NCBI RefSeq assembly: GCF_009914755.1
Contig: NC_060946.1
DNA from: the human T2T-CHM13v2.0 reference genome, Homo sapiens
DNA: 64,000 nt
Direction: 5' to 3' (one strand)
The notes under the pieces were generated by a model. The model ran no database searches and had not been told where the DNA came from. It worked only from the letters and a program-made list of their open reading frames with translations. Both the position numbers and the translations under genes were made by a program. This document shows positions 7,062-16,888 of the stretch, piece after piece. Numbering within the stretch: position 1 is the stretch's first letter; every line of letters starts with the position of its first letter.

Positions 7062-9899
7062 TCACCGGTAGTGTGGCCCGCAGGGACGCCGACCTGCTGG
7101 AGCGTCGTGCCAGCATGGGCTATGGCATCCACGTGGGCCAGCAGGAGGTTCCCGCTGCACAGCTGTGGGGTGAGGATAGACTGGTTGGTGATATCGGCCA
7201 TTACAAGGGCCTCTTCTGCTGGCAAGAGTGTGACAGTAGCAAGTAGATGGACAGGCCTGCGTGTGAGGACGGAATGCAGGAGGGGTTCTTGTGCGCCTGG
7301 GTGTGGGGCCCTCACGGGAACCGTGGAGAAATGGCCAGGTAACTGCGTCATGTGGGCTAGTAGATTGGCCGGGGCTTCGAACTGAAGGACGATAACGGGG
7401 AGTAGCTGTCAGGCCCTGGGAGTGCCTGAGTGTAAGTGGAGATGGGTTTGGGGTCACTGAGGGATGCGTGGGAGCCATCCCTGTATAGGTACAGGTCATA
7501 GGGAGATAGTCTCGTGAGGCCTGTGAGTGTCTAGGGTTGTCCTGGGTGCCTGGGGCTGACTGTGGCAGAAGTCTGGGGAAGGCTGGAGAGAAGCTGGGAG
7601 ACCCAGGAGAGTCCCTGAAGGCAGGGGGTGAAGAGGTGAAAGAAATGGGGGAGGGTTGCAGTAAGGTCCGTGAGTTTGTAGGTGATTCCTGGGTGCGGGA
7701 AGCTGACTCCAGGTGAAATCTGGAGATGGTTGGAAAGTAGCTGAGAGAGACAGAAGAGTCCCTGAGGGCTGTGGGTGAGAACATGAGGGAGACGGGGGAG
7801 TAAGTCAGTGAAATTCGTGAGTTCGGTGGTGTATCGTGGGTGCCTGGAACTGACTCCAGCTGGAATCTAGAGAAGTTTTGAGAGTAGCTGAAGGAGACAC
7901 AAGAGTCCCTGTGGGCTGAGGGCAAAGACCTGAGACAGACCAGGGAGGACCTCAGTGAAGTCTGTGAGTCTGTAGGTGATTCCGGAGTGTGGGAGGCTGA
8001 CTCCCGCTGAAATCTGGGCGTGGTGGGAGAGTAGGTGGGACAGACAGGAGAGTCCCAGGGGGCTGGGGGTGACCACGTGAGAGAGACTGGGGAGTAACTC
8101 AGTGAAATTGCTGAGTTGGTTGGTGATACCTGGGTGCCTGGAACAGACCCCCGCTGAAATCTGGGCATGGTTGGAGAGTAGCTGGGACACAAAGGAGAGT
8201 CCCTGAGGGCTGGGGGTGAAGACATGAGCGAGACCGGGGAGTAACTGAGTGAAACTGGTGAGTTTGGTGGTGACACCGGGGTGCCTGGAACCGACTCCCG
8301 CTGAAGTGTGGGCGTGGTTGGAGAGTAGCTGGGACACACAGGAGAGTCCCTGAGGGTTGGAGATAAAGACGTGCTAGAGACTGAGGAGTAACTGAGTGAA
8401 ATTGGTGAGTTTGGTGGTGATTCCGGGGTGCCTGGAACGGACTCCAGCTGAAATGTGGGCGTGGTTGGAGAGTAGCTGGGACAGACGGGAGAGTCCCTGA
8501 GGGATGGTGAAGACATGAGAGAGACTGGGGAGTAACGCAGTGAAATTGGTGAGTTTGGTGGTGATTTCTGGGTGCCTGCAACGGACTCCCGCTGAAGTGT
8601 GGGCGTGTTTGGAGAGTAGCTGGGACAGACAGGCGAGTCCCTGAGGGTTGGAGATAAAGACGTGCTGGAGACTGGGGAGTAACTCAGTGAAAGTGGTGGG
8701 CTTGGTGGTGATCCCAGGGTTCCTGGAACTGACCCGCGCTGAAATGTGGGCGTGGTTGGAGAGTAGCTGGGACAGACTGGAGGGTCCGTTAGGGCTGGGG
8801 GTGAAGACGTGAGAGAGACTGGCGAGGATCTCACTGAGGTCTGTGAGTTTGTAGGTGTTTCTGGGGTGTGGGGTACAGACTCCCGCTGAAATCTGGGCGT
8901 AGTTGGAGAGTAGCTGGGACAGACAGGAGAGTCATGGGTGGCTGGGGGTGAGCTGCTGGATGATGGCAGTAAGAACATATGGTACATTATTGATGAATGA
9001 GGTGACTGTGAAGAATCTCCAGTGGAGGACACGGGAGAACACAATGACATGAGTGACTGTCCTGCTTGGTTCGGAAAGGGAAACGTAAAGTTGTGGAATT
9101 CTGTTGATGATGGATGTGAGAGTGGTGAAGCCCTGCGGGATGATGTAGAGGACTTCCACATCCCTGGTGAGGAGCTGCCCCTTGGGTCTGAGTTTCTGGG
9201 AGGGGAGAGGGAGAAGCTGGGTGAGGCAGGCATGAATCTTGAGGAGTCAGGCCTGGGGGACGGCTCATATTCTCCCGAGACCTGTGAGTCTCTGGGGGAC
9301 TCCTGGGTGCATGGGACTGACTCCCGCTGGAACCTGGGCATGGCTGGAGAGTAACTGGGAGCCACAGGAGGGTCCCTGAGGACTGGGGTTGAAGAGATGA
9401 AAGACACAGGGGTGGAGCAGCGTGAGGCTCGTGAGTTTGTAGGTGATTCCTGGGTGTGGGGGGCTGACTCCAGGTGAAATCTGGGGTTGTTTGGAGAGTA
9501 GCTGGGAGACACAGCAGACCCCCCGAGAGCTGGGGGTGATCTGCTGGGTGATGGCAGTAAGAACATGTGGCATATTATTGATGAACGTGGGGACTCTGAG
9601 GAATCCTCAGAGGAGGACACGTGAGAGCCCAATGGCTTCATTGATTGCCCATCACGGTGAGGACAGGGAAATGGGAGCTTGTGGGATTCTGGTGATGGCA
9701 GAGGTGAGTGTGGTGAAGCCCTAGGGGCTGCTGAATGGTAGCTCCGGATCCCTGGTGAGGAGCTTCCCCTTAAGCCTGAGTTTCTGAGAGGGGAGAGGGA
9801 GAAGCTGGGTGAGGCTCGCATGGACCTTGGGGTGTCCGTGCTGGGGGACCGTTCATAAGAAGAGCCAGACAAGACCCTACTGTTCTTAGGTGCAGACAT
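7062..9899 (-). CDS. Full-length Ser/Pro-rich CTD-heptad-like repeat protein, 945 aa (unit 2; one 144-bp monomer fewer than unit 8)
   Basis: Uninterrupted ORF MSAPKNS...PCGPHYR. Start context aatcATGt has A at -3. TATA at 10245-10252. Coding status is inferred. Confidence 0.55.
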   Translation of the reverse strand: MSAPKNSRVLSGSSYERSPSTDTPRSMRASPSFSLSPLRNSGLRGSSSPGIRSYHSAAPRASPHSPLPSPESHKLPFPCPHRDGQSMKPLGSHVSSSEDSSESPRSSIICHMFLLPSPSRSPPALGGSAVSPSYSPNNPRFHLESAPHTQESPTNSRASRCSTPVSFISSTPVLRDPPVAPSYSPAMPRFQRESVPCTQESPRDSQVSGEYEPSPRPDSSRFMPASPSFSLSPPRNSDPRGSSSPGMWKSSTSSRRASPLSHPSSTEFHNFTFPFPNQAGQSLMSLCSPVSSTGDSSQSPHSSIMYHMFLLPSSSSSPPATHDSPVCPSYSPTTPRFQRESVPHTPETPTNSQTSVRSSPVSLTSSPPALTDPPVCPSYSPTTPTFQRGSVPGTLGSPPSPPLSLSYSPVSSTSLSPTLRDSPVCPSYSPNTPTLQRESVAGTQKSPPNSPISLRYSPVSLMSSPSLRDSPVCPSYSPTTPTFQLESVPGTPESPPNSPISLSYSSVSSTSLSPTLRDSPVCPSYSPTTPTLQRESVPGTPVSPPNSPVSLSYSPVSLMSSPPALRDSPLCPSYSPTMPRFQRGSVPGTQVSPTNSAISLSYSPVSLTWSPPAPWDSPVCPTYSPTTPRFQRESASHTPESPTDSQTSLRSSLVCLRSLPSAHRDSCVSFSYSQNFSRFQLESVPGTHDTPPNSRISLTYSPVSLMFSPTALRDSSVSLSYFPTISRFHLESASRTQESPTNSRTLLQPSPISFTSSPPAFRDSPGSPSFSPAFPRLLPQSAPGTQDNPRHSQASRDYLPMTCTYTGMAPTHPSVTPNPSPLTLRHSQGLTATPRYRPSVRSPGQSTSPHDAVTWPFLHGSREGPTPRRTRTPPAFRPHTQACPSTCYCHTLASRRGPCNGRYHQPVYPHPTAVQREPPAGPRGCHSPCWHDAPAGRRPCGPHYR

Positions 9900-10217
9900 G
9901 ATTAGGAAACCAGCAGCTCCCAGGGGCCCCTACTAGTGTTCTAACTCGCAGAAGGAAGGAGTGTGTGTGCGTGTGTGCGTGTGCGTTTGTGTGTGTGTGT
10001 GTGTTTGTGTGTGTGCGGTGTGAGGTATGGGCCCCTTAAGAAAATGGAAATCAACCAACCAATGGGACAGACAGACAGACAGACAGACAGACAGAGATTC
10101 ACTTGCCCAAGTGTTCTGTCTTGTCCTCTGAATCCGCTTCCAAGTCGCAAGACGCTGTGAGCTCCAAGTCCACGCAGAGTCCGCCAAACGCTCCGGTCGC
10201 TGATCCGCTCCGCGAAG

Positions 10218-10289
10218 ATCTGAGTACAGGCCAGCCAGGGTGGGTTTAAATAGCCTCGGGCGCAGCCTAGCAGCGGAAAGGGCGGAGCT
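10218..10289 (-). promoter_or_regulatory. Putative core promoter of unit 2
   Basis: TATTTAAA at 10252-10245, Inr A at 10221, GC box at ~10280. Confidence 0.6.
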
Positions 10290-13233
10290 TCACTCCTCCT
10301 TTCCATCAGTCACCCCCAACTTTCCCAGGCTACACCTCGTAGGAAACTGTTCTCCTGCTTTGATTTCATGCGCCACCTTTGGGACAATCTAAGAACTTAC
10401 AGGTTTTCTTGGCCAGATTTATTAGGAATTGTATGCACTGAAACACTGAAAACCAACTAGTGGTTCTGTGCTTCCCACGTTGTGGTTTTGACACCAGCAG
10501 CATCCTTGCCACAATCAAACCCCGGAGATCCGCAGATCTGTGTTGTGACAAGACCTCCCCCTGACCCTGATGCATGGCAGTTGAAGAAGTCTTTCCGTGT
10601 AAGCAAAAAGACTTTGAAGAAAAGGTGGAGATATGCGTTGTATAAACATTCTTTTGCTCTGGAACCACGTAGAGACTTGGGAGCCAGTTGGGTGGAGCAT
10701 TCGTTGGATGAGGGTGCTCAGGTTAGGAATATCAAGGTTTTTCTCCAGATAATCCAATCATCTAATTAAGATTCCAGTTATGCTCATCTGTTTTAAAATT
10801 CCGTTTGGGTAAATTCTTTTAGTCAGACTGAGAATGGCAAAGCCTCAACCCCAATTTCCAGGGAGGGTGGAGAGCCTCAGGTGGAGTTGATCACCAATAG
10901 CCTATGGTTTAACCCATCATGCCTATAGAATGAGGTCTCCATCAAAACCCAAAAGGACTGGGTTCAGAGAGCTTCTGGATAACACTTCCTGGAAGTTAGT
11001 GCACCCCTCCCCGCATGCCGGGCCCCACATTTATTTCTGAACTTTGTGCAATGTCCGCTAAAATACAACGGCAAATGTAAGTGTTTCCCTGCGTGCTGTG
11101 AGCTCTTCCAGCAAATGAATGCAACTAAATCTGGGAGTGGTGGCAACCTGATTTATAGCCAGTTGCTGAGAAGCACAGGTAAAACAACGTAGGGCTTCCC
11201 ATTGTTATTGGTGTGGGAGGCCTGTCTGGCGGGACTCGGCCCTTTGGAATCTAATGCTATGTCCCGGTAGATAGCGTCACCATTGAATTAGAAGACACAC
11301 ATATGTGGAGAATAATCTTTCTGGTCATTTACTGCATGTCATATTTACAATATGTAATCAAATTCTTTATCCTGACCTTATGGCACCTGGGTTTAGGACC
11401 ATGATTTGAACCAAACGTTGGTCTGTCACTTTCTGAGTTTGAAACTTTATTTTGCCTTTAGCGTTTTGCTATTGCTTTTTCGTTTTCTTTTGTTTCGTTT
11501 CGTTTCTAAGTTCTGGGGTATATGTGCAGGATGTGCAGATTTGTTACTAAGGTAAACGTGTGCCATGGTGGTTTGCTGCACCTGTCAACCCGTCACCTAG
11601 GTATTAAGCCCAGCATGCAGTAGCTGTTTTTCTTAACGCTCTGCCTCCCGAAAGGCCCCAGTGTGTGTTGTTCCCCTTCCTGTGTCCATGGGATCTCACT
11701 TTTCAGCTCCCATTATAAGTGAGAAGGTGGCGTTTGGTTTTCTTTCCCTGGATTAGTTTGCTGACGATAATGACCACACATCACCACTGTTTTTGTTTTT
11801 TAGTATAAAGAGTAGTATTTTATTGAATAAGATTTGCTCACAGAAAAATAAGCTTAAATCTACAATGAATGCCAGACCCTACAGCAGAAAGCAATTTTCT
11901 CACTTTTCCACACACAATGGTTCCTACTAAGTGAAAAAAAAGCCATAAAATTTCATTCACAAATGTACTACTCTGTCTCAAAACATCTCACGTAATCATG
12001 CACTGTACTAAAGCCATCAGATCAGTTCTTCAGTCAGGTTAAAGAAGTATCCCTCTAATAACTGACTTTTATAATGCTATCAATATCCACTCCCAATCAG
12101 TCTGCCATTGTTAATGGTGTACAACATTACTGAATACAACGGAATTGATGACGCCCATATCCACAGACAAACCGAGACTTATGATGGTTTGATTTATGAT
12201 TTTTCAACGTTATGATGGGTTTATTGGAATATTAGATTCGTTTCTGAGTTACACTGGGTTTATGAGTATGCGACCCTACACTCCAGAAACAGCTGTATAA
12301 GGAAAAACAGGTGTACCTAATAAAAATATGCTTAGTGACTTGGGATAAACCAATAGATGTTCACAAGTGATGGAGAGCCGTGAAAGAGAGATAGCGGTAA
12401 ATAGTTACAATAACACAACTTTCCTGCACCTGTCGAGGATTTCCTCCAAAAAACGCAGAATGTGGGATGCACCTAAGGCATATGAAAGAGAGAGGGCAGA
12501 AGGAGTAAGAGAGAAATAGGAGGAAGGAAGGAAGGAAGCAAGGAAGAAAGGAAGGAAGGAAAGAAGGAAGGTAGGACGGAAGGAAGGAAGGAAGGAAGGA
12601 AGGAAGGAAGGAAGGAAGGAAGGATGAAAGGAAGGAGAAAACACCGGTGTTACTAAAACTCCCCAAAAAATGGTTTCCCCCTGTGGGTAAGCCTACAATG
12701 TGGATGAATCTTGAAAATATTGTGCTACGTGTTATGTCAGTCATAGCAGCTCACCTATTGTGCAATTCCGTTTATAGGAAATGTCCACAATATGGAAATC
12801 TATGCATATGGGATTGATCGCACTAGGTAGTTGCTACCTAGGGCTGAGGGTCAGGGAGAGGGTTTGAGACAGAATGAGGAGTGACTAATGTCTACAGGGT
12901 CTTTCTCTGGTCGGGGGTGATAAGACGTTTTACAATGGATTGCGAATTAAAATTGAATGTGCACAACCACAGGTATACTAAAAGCCACTCAATTCATGAC
13001 CTTTAATGGGGGAATCTTACGTGGCGTAGTCTCATGGAGACCACGGCAGACATAGTGAGAGAGAAAAAGGTGAGTAAATATCTGAAACGGAGGCAGAAAC
13101 AGAGAGAATGAAAAGCCCTGTGAATGGAAGGGAGAGCGAAAAGGGAAAATGGTCCTATTTACAAATGACAGATGTGAAACTGGGGTTCACATCAACAGTG
13201 TCACTGCCAGGAAGGAGGGTCATGCTAGCCATG

Positions 13234-16200
13234 TCACCGGTAGTGTGGCCCGCAGGGACGCCGACCTGCTGGAGCGTCGTGCCAGCATGGGCTGTGGCAA
13301 GCACGTGGGCCAGCAGGAGGTTCCCGCTGCACAGCTGTGGGGTGAGGATAGACTGGGTGGTGATATCGGCCATTACAGGGGCCTCTTCTGCTGGCAAGAG
13401 TGTGACAGTAGCAAGTAGATGGACAGGCCTGCGTGTGAGGACGGAATGCAGGAGGGGTTCTTGTGCGCCTCGGTGTGGGGCCCTCACGGGAACCGTGGAG
13501 AAATGGCCAGGTAACTGCGTCATGTGGGCTAGTAGATTGGCCGGGGCTTCGAACTGAAGGACGATAACGGGGAGTAGCTGTCAGGCCCTGGGAGTGCCTG
13601 AGTGTAAGTGGAGATGGGTTTGGGGTCACTGAGGGATGCGTGGGAGCCATCCCTGTATAGGTACAGGTCATAGGAAGATAGTCTCGTGAGGCCTGTGAGT
13701 GTCTAGGGTTGTCCTGGGTGCCTGGGGCTGACTGTGGCAGAAGTCTGGGGAAGGCTGGAGAGAAGCTGGGAGACCCAGGAGATTCCCTGAAGGCAGGGGG
13801 TGAAGAGGTGAAAGAAATGGGGAAGGGTTGCAGTAAGGTCCGTGAGTTTGTAGGTGATTCCTGGGTGCGGGAAGCTGACTCCAGGTGAAATCTGGAGATG
13901 GTTGGAGAGTAGCTGAGAGAGACAGAAGAGTCCCTGAGGGCTGGGGGTGAGAACATGAGGGAGACGGGGGAGTAAGTCAGTGAAATTCGTGAGTTCGGTG
14001 GTGTATCGTGGGTGCCTGGAACTGACTCCAGCTGGAATCTAGAGAAGTTTTGAGAGTAGCTGAAGGAGACACAAGAGTCCCTGTGGGCTGAGGGCAAAGA
14101 CCTGAGACAGACCAGGGAGGACCTCAGTGAAGTCTGTGAGTCTGTAGGTGATTCCGGAGTGTGGGAGGCTGACTCCCGCTGAAATCTGGGCGTGGTGGGA
14201 GAGTAGGTGGGACAGACAGGAGAGTCCCAGGGGGCTGGGGGTGACGACGTGAGAGAGACTGGGGAGTAACTCAGTGAAATTGCTGAGTTGGTTGGTGATA
14301 CCTGGGTGCCTGGAACTGACCCCCGCTGAAATCTGGGCATGGTTGGAGAGTAGCTGGGACACACAGGAGAGTCCCTGAGGGCTGGGGGTGAAGACATGAG
14401 CGAGACCGGGGAGTAACTGAGTGAAACTGGTGAGTTTGGTGGTGACTCCGGGGTGCCTGGAACTGACTCCAGCTGAAATGTGGGCGTGGTTGGAGAGTAG
14501 CTGGGACAGACAGGAGAGTCCCTGAGGACTGGTGAAGACATGAGAGAGACTGGAGAGTAATTGAGTGAAATTGGTGAGTTTGGTGGTGATTCCTGGGTGC
14601 CTGGAACTGACTCCCGCTGAAGTGTGGGCGTGGTTGGAGAGTAGCTGGGACACACAGGAGAGTCCCTGAGGGTTGGAGATAAAGACGTGCTAGAGACTGA
14701 GGAGTAACTGAGTGAAATTGGTGAGTTTGGTGGTGATTCCGGGGTGCCTGGAACGGACTCCTGCTGAAATGTGGGCGTGGTTGGAGAGTAGCTGGGACAG
14801 ACGGGAGAGTCCCTGAGGGATGGTGAAGACATGAGAGAGACTGGGGAGTAACGCAGTGAAATTGGTGAGTTTGGTGGTGATTTCTGGGTGCCTGCAACGG
14901 ACTCCCGCTGAAGTGTGGGCGTGCTTGGAGAGTAGCTGGGACAGACAGGCGAGTCCCTGAGGGTTGGAGATAAAGACGTGCTAGAGACTGAGGAGTAACT
15001 GAGTGAAATTGGTGAGTTTGGTGGTGATTCCGGGGTGCCTGGAACGGACTCCAGCTGAAATGTGGGCGTGGTTGGAGAGTAGCTGGGACAGACGGGAGAG
15101 TCCCTGAGGGATGGTGAAGACATGAGAGAGACTGGGGAGTAACGCAGTGAAATTGGTGAGTTTGGTGGTGATTTCTGGGTGCCTGCAACGGACTCCCGCT
15201 GAAGTGTGGGCGTGCTTGGAGAGTAGCTGGGACAGACAGGCGAGTCCCTGAGGGTTGGAGATAAAGACGTGCTGGAGACTGGGGAGTAACTCAGTGAAAG
15301 TGGTGGGCTTGGTGGTGATCCCAGGGTTCCTGGAACTGACCCGCGCTGAAATGTGGGCGTGGTTGGAGAGTAGCTGGGACAGACTGGAGGGTCCGTAAGG
15401 GCTGGGGGTGAAGACGTGAGAGAGACTGGCGAGGATCTCACTGAGGTCTGTGAGTTTGTAGGTGTTTCTGGGGTGTGGGGTACAGACTCCCGCTGAAATC
15501 TGGGCGTAGTTGGAGAGTAGCTGGGACAGACAGGAGAGTCATGGGTGGCTGGGGGTGAGCTGCTGGATGATGGCAGTAAGAACATATGGTACATTATTGA
15601 TGAATGAGGTGACTGTGAAGAATCTCCAGAGGAGGACACGGGAGAACACAATGACATGAGTGACTGTCCTGCTTGGTTAGGAAAGGGAAACGTAAAGTTG
15701 TGGAATTCTGTTGATGATGGATGTGAGAGTGGTGAAGCCCTGCGGGATGATGTAGAGGACTTCCACATCCCTGGTGAGGAGCTGCCCCTTGGGTCTGAGT
15801 TTCTGGGAGGGGAGAGGGAGAAGCTGGGTGAGGCAGGCATGAATCTTGAGGAGTCAGGGCTGGGGGACCGCTCATATTCTCCCGAGACCTGTGAGTCTCT
15901 GGGGGACTCCTGGGTGCATGGGGCTGACTCCCGCAGGAACCTGGGGATGGCTGGAGAGTAACTGGGAGCCACAGGAGGGTCCCTGAGGCCTGGGGGTGAA
16001 GAGATGCAAGACACAGGGGTGGAGCAGCGTGAGGCTCGTGAGTTTGTAGGTGATTCCTGGGTGTGGGGGGCTGACTCCAGCTGAAATCTGGGGTTGTTTG
16101 GAGAGTAGCTGGGAGACACAGGAGAACCCCCGAGAGCTGGGGGTGAGCTGCTGGGTGATGGCAGTAAGAACATGTGGTATATTATTGATGAACGTGGGGA

Positions 16201-16506
16201 CTCTGAGGAGTCCTCAGAGGAGGACACGGCAGAGCCCAATGGCTTCATTGATTGCCCATCACGGTGAGGACAGGGAAATGGGAGCTTGTGGGATTCTGGT
16301 GATGACAGAGGTGAGTGTGGTGAAGCCCTAGGGGATGGTGAATGGTAGTTCCGGATCCCTGGTGAGGAGCTTCCCCTTAAGCCGGAGTTTCTGAGAGGGG
16401 AGAGGGAGAAGCTGGGTGAGGCTCGCATGGACCTTGGGGTGTCCGTGCTGGGGGACCGTTCATAAGAAGAGCCAGACAAGACCCTACTGTTCTTAGGTGC
16501 AGACAT
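13234..16506 (-). CDS. Full-length Ser/Pro-rich CTD-heptad-like repeat protein, 1090 aa (unit 3; extra 291-bp dimer)
   Basis: Uninterrupted 3273-nt ORF, exactly 291 nt longer than unit 8. Confidence 0.55.
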   Translation of the reverse strand: MSAPKNSRVLSGSSYERSPSTDTPRSMRASPSFSLSPLRNSGLRGSSSPGIRNYHSPSPRASPHSPLSSPESHKLPFPCPHRDGQSMKPLGSAVSSSEDSSESPRSSIIYHMFLLPSPSSSPPALGGSPVSPSYSPNNPRFQLESAPHTQESPTNSRASRCSTPVSCISSPPGLRDPPVAPSYSPAIPRFLRESAPCTQESPRDSQVSGEYERSPSPDSSRFMPASPSFSLSPPRNSDPRGSSSPGMWKSSTSSRRASPLSHPSSTEFHNFTFPFPNQAGQSLMSLCSPVSSSGDSSQSPHSSIMYHMFLLPSSSSSPPATHDSPVCPSYSPTTPRFQRESVPHTPETPTNSQTSVRSSPVSLTSSPPALTDPPVCPSYSPTTPTFQRGSVPGTLGSPPSPPLSLSYSPVSSTSLSPTLRDSPVCPSYSPSTPTLQRESVAGTQKSPPNSPISLRYSPVSLMSSPSLRDSPVCPSYSPTTPTFQLESVPGTPESPPNSPISLSYSSVSSTSLSPTLRDSPVCPSYSPSTPTLQRESVAGTQKSPPNSPISLRYSPVSLMSSPSLRDSPVCPSYSPTTPTFQQESVPGTPESPPNSPISLSYSSVSSTSLSPTLRDSPVCPSYSPTTPTLQRESVPGTQESPPNSPISLNYSPVSLMSSPVLRDSPVCPSYSPTTPTFQLESVPGTPESPPNSPVSLSYSPVSLMSSPPALRDSPVCPSYSPTMPRFQRGSVPGTQVSPTNSAISLSYSPVSLTSSPPAPWDSPVCPTYSPTTPRFQRESASHTPESPTDSQTSLRSSLVCLRSLPSAHRDSCVSFSYSQNFSRFQLESVPGTHDTPPNSRISLTYSPVSLMFSPPALRDSSVSLSYSPTISRFHLESASRTQESPTNSRTLLQPFPISFTSSPPAFRESPGSPSFSPAFPRLLPQSAPGTQDNPRHSQASRDYLPMTCTYTGMAPTHPSVTPNPSPLTLRHSQGLTATPRYRPSVRSPGQSTSPHDAVTWPFLHGSREGPTPRRTRTPPAFRPHTQACPSTCYCHTLASRRGPCNGRYHHPVYPHPTAVQREPPAGPRACHSPCWHDAPAGRRPCGPHYR

Positions 16507-16816
16507 GATTAGGAAACCTGCAGCTCCCAGGGGCCCCCACTAATGTTCTAACTCGCAGAAGGAAGGAGTGTGTGTGCGTGTGTGCGTGTGCGTGTGTGTG
16601 TGTGTGTTTGTGTGTGTGCGGTGTGAGGTATGGGCCCCTTAAGGAAATGGAAATCAACCAACCAATGGGACAGACAGACAGACAGACAGACAGAGATTCA
16701 CTTGCCCAAGTGTTCTGTCCTGTCCTCTGAATCCGCTTTCAAGTCGCAAGACGCTGTGAGCTCCAAGTCCACGCAGAGTCCGCCAAACGCTCCGGCCGCT
16801 GATCCGCTCCGCGAAG

Positions 16817-16888
16817 ATCTGAGTACAGGCCAGCCAGGGTGGGTTTAAATAGCCTCGGGCGCAGCCTAGCAGCGGAAAGGGCGGAGCT
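16817..16888 (-). promoter_or_regulatory. Putative core promoter of unit 3
   Basis: TATTTAAA at 16851-16844, Inr A at 16820, GC box upstream. Confidence 0.6.

Noticed and set aside
6936-7385. Plus-strand ORF MKSPVNG... (149 aa) and nested ORFs
   Set aside because: Antisense to the long ORF's tail, disrupted in most units, and with no recognisable features.
12361-12744. Hydrophobic ORFs with LPSF repeats resembling membrane proteins
   Set aside because: They are translations of the (TTCC)n microsatellite, and the frame changes between units with repeat number.
14039-15188. Overlapping ORFs MQAPRNHH... and MSQLLSNH... (200-305 aa)
   Set aside because: Alternative frames of the same stop-poor 3n repeat, with no separate promoter or start context.
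13234-16506. Calling the ORF POLR2A/RPB1, a mucin or an extensin
   Set aside because: No polymerase domains, no perfect YSPTSPS, and no signal peptide or transmembrane segment. The similarity is limited to heptad register, so no gene symbol is given.
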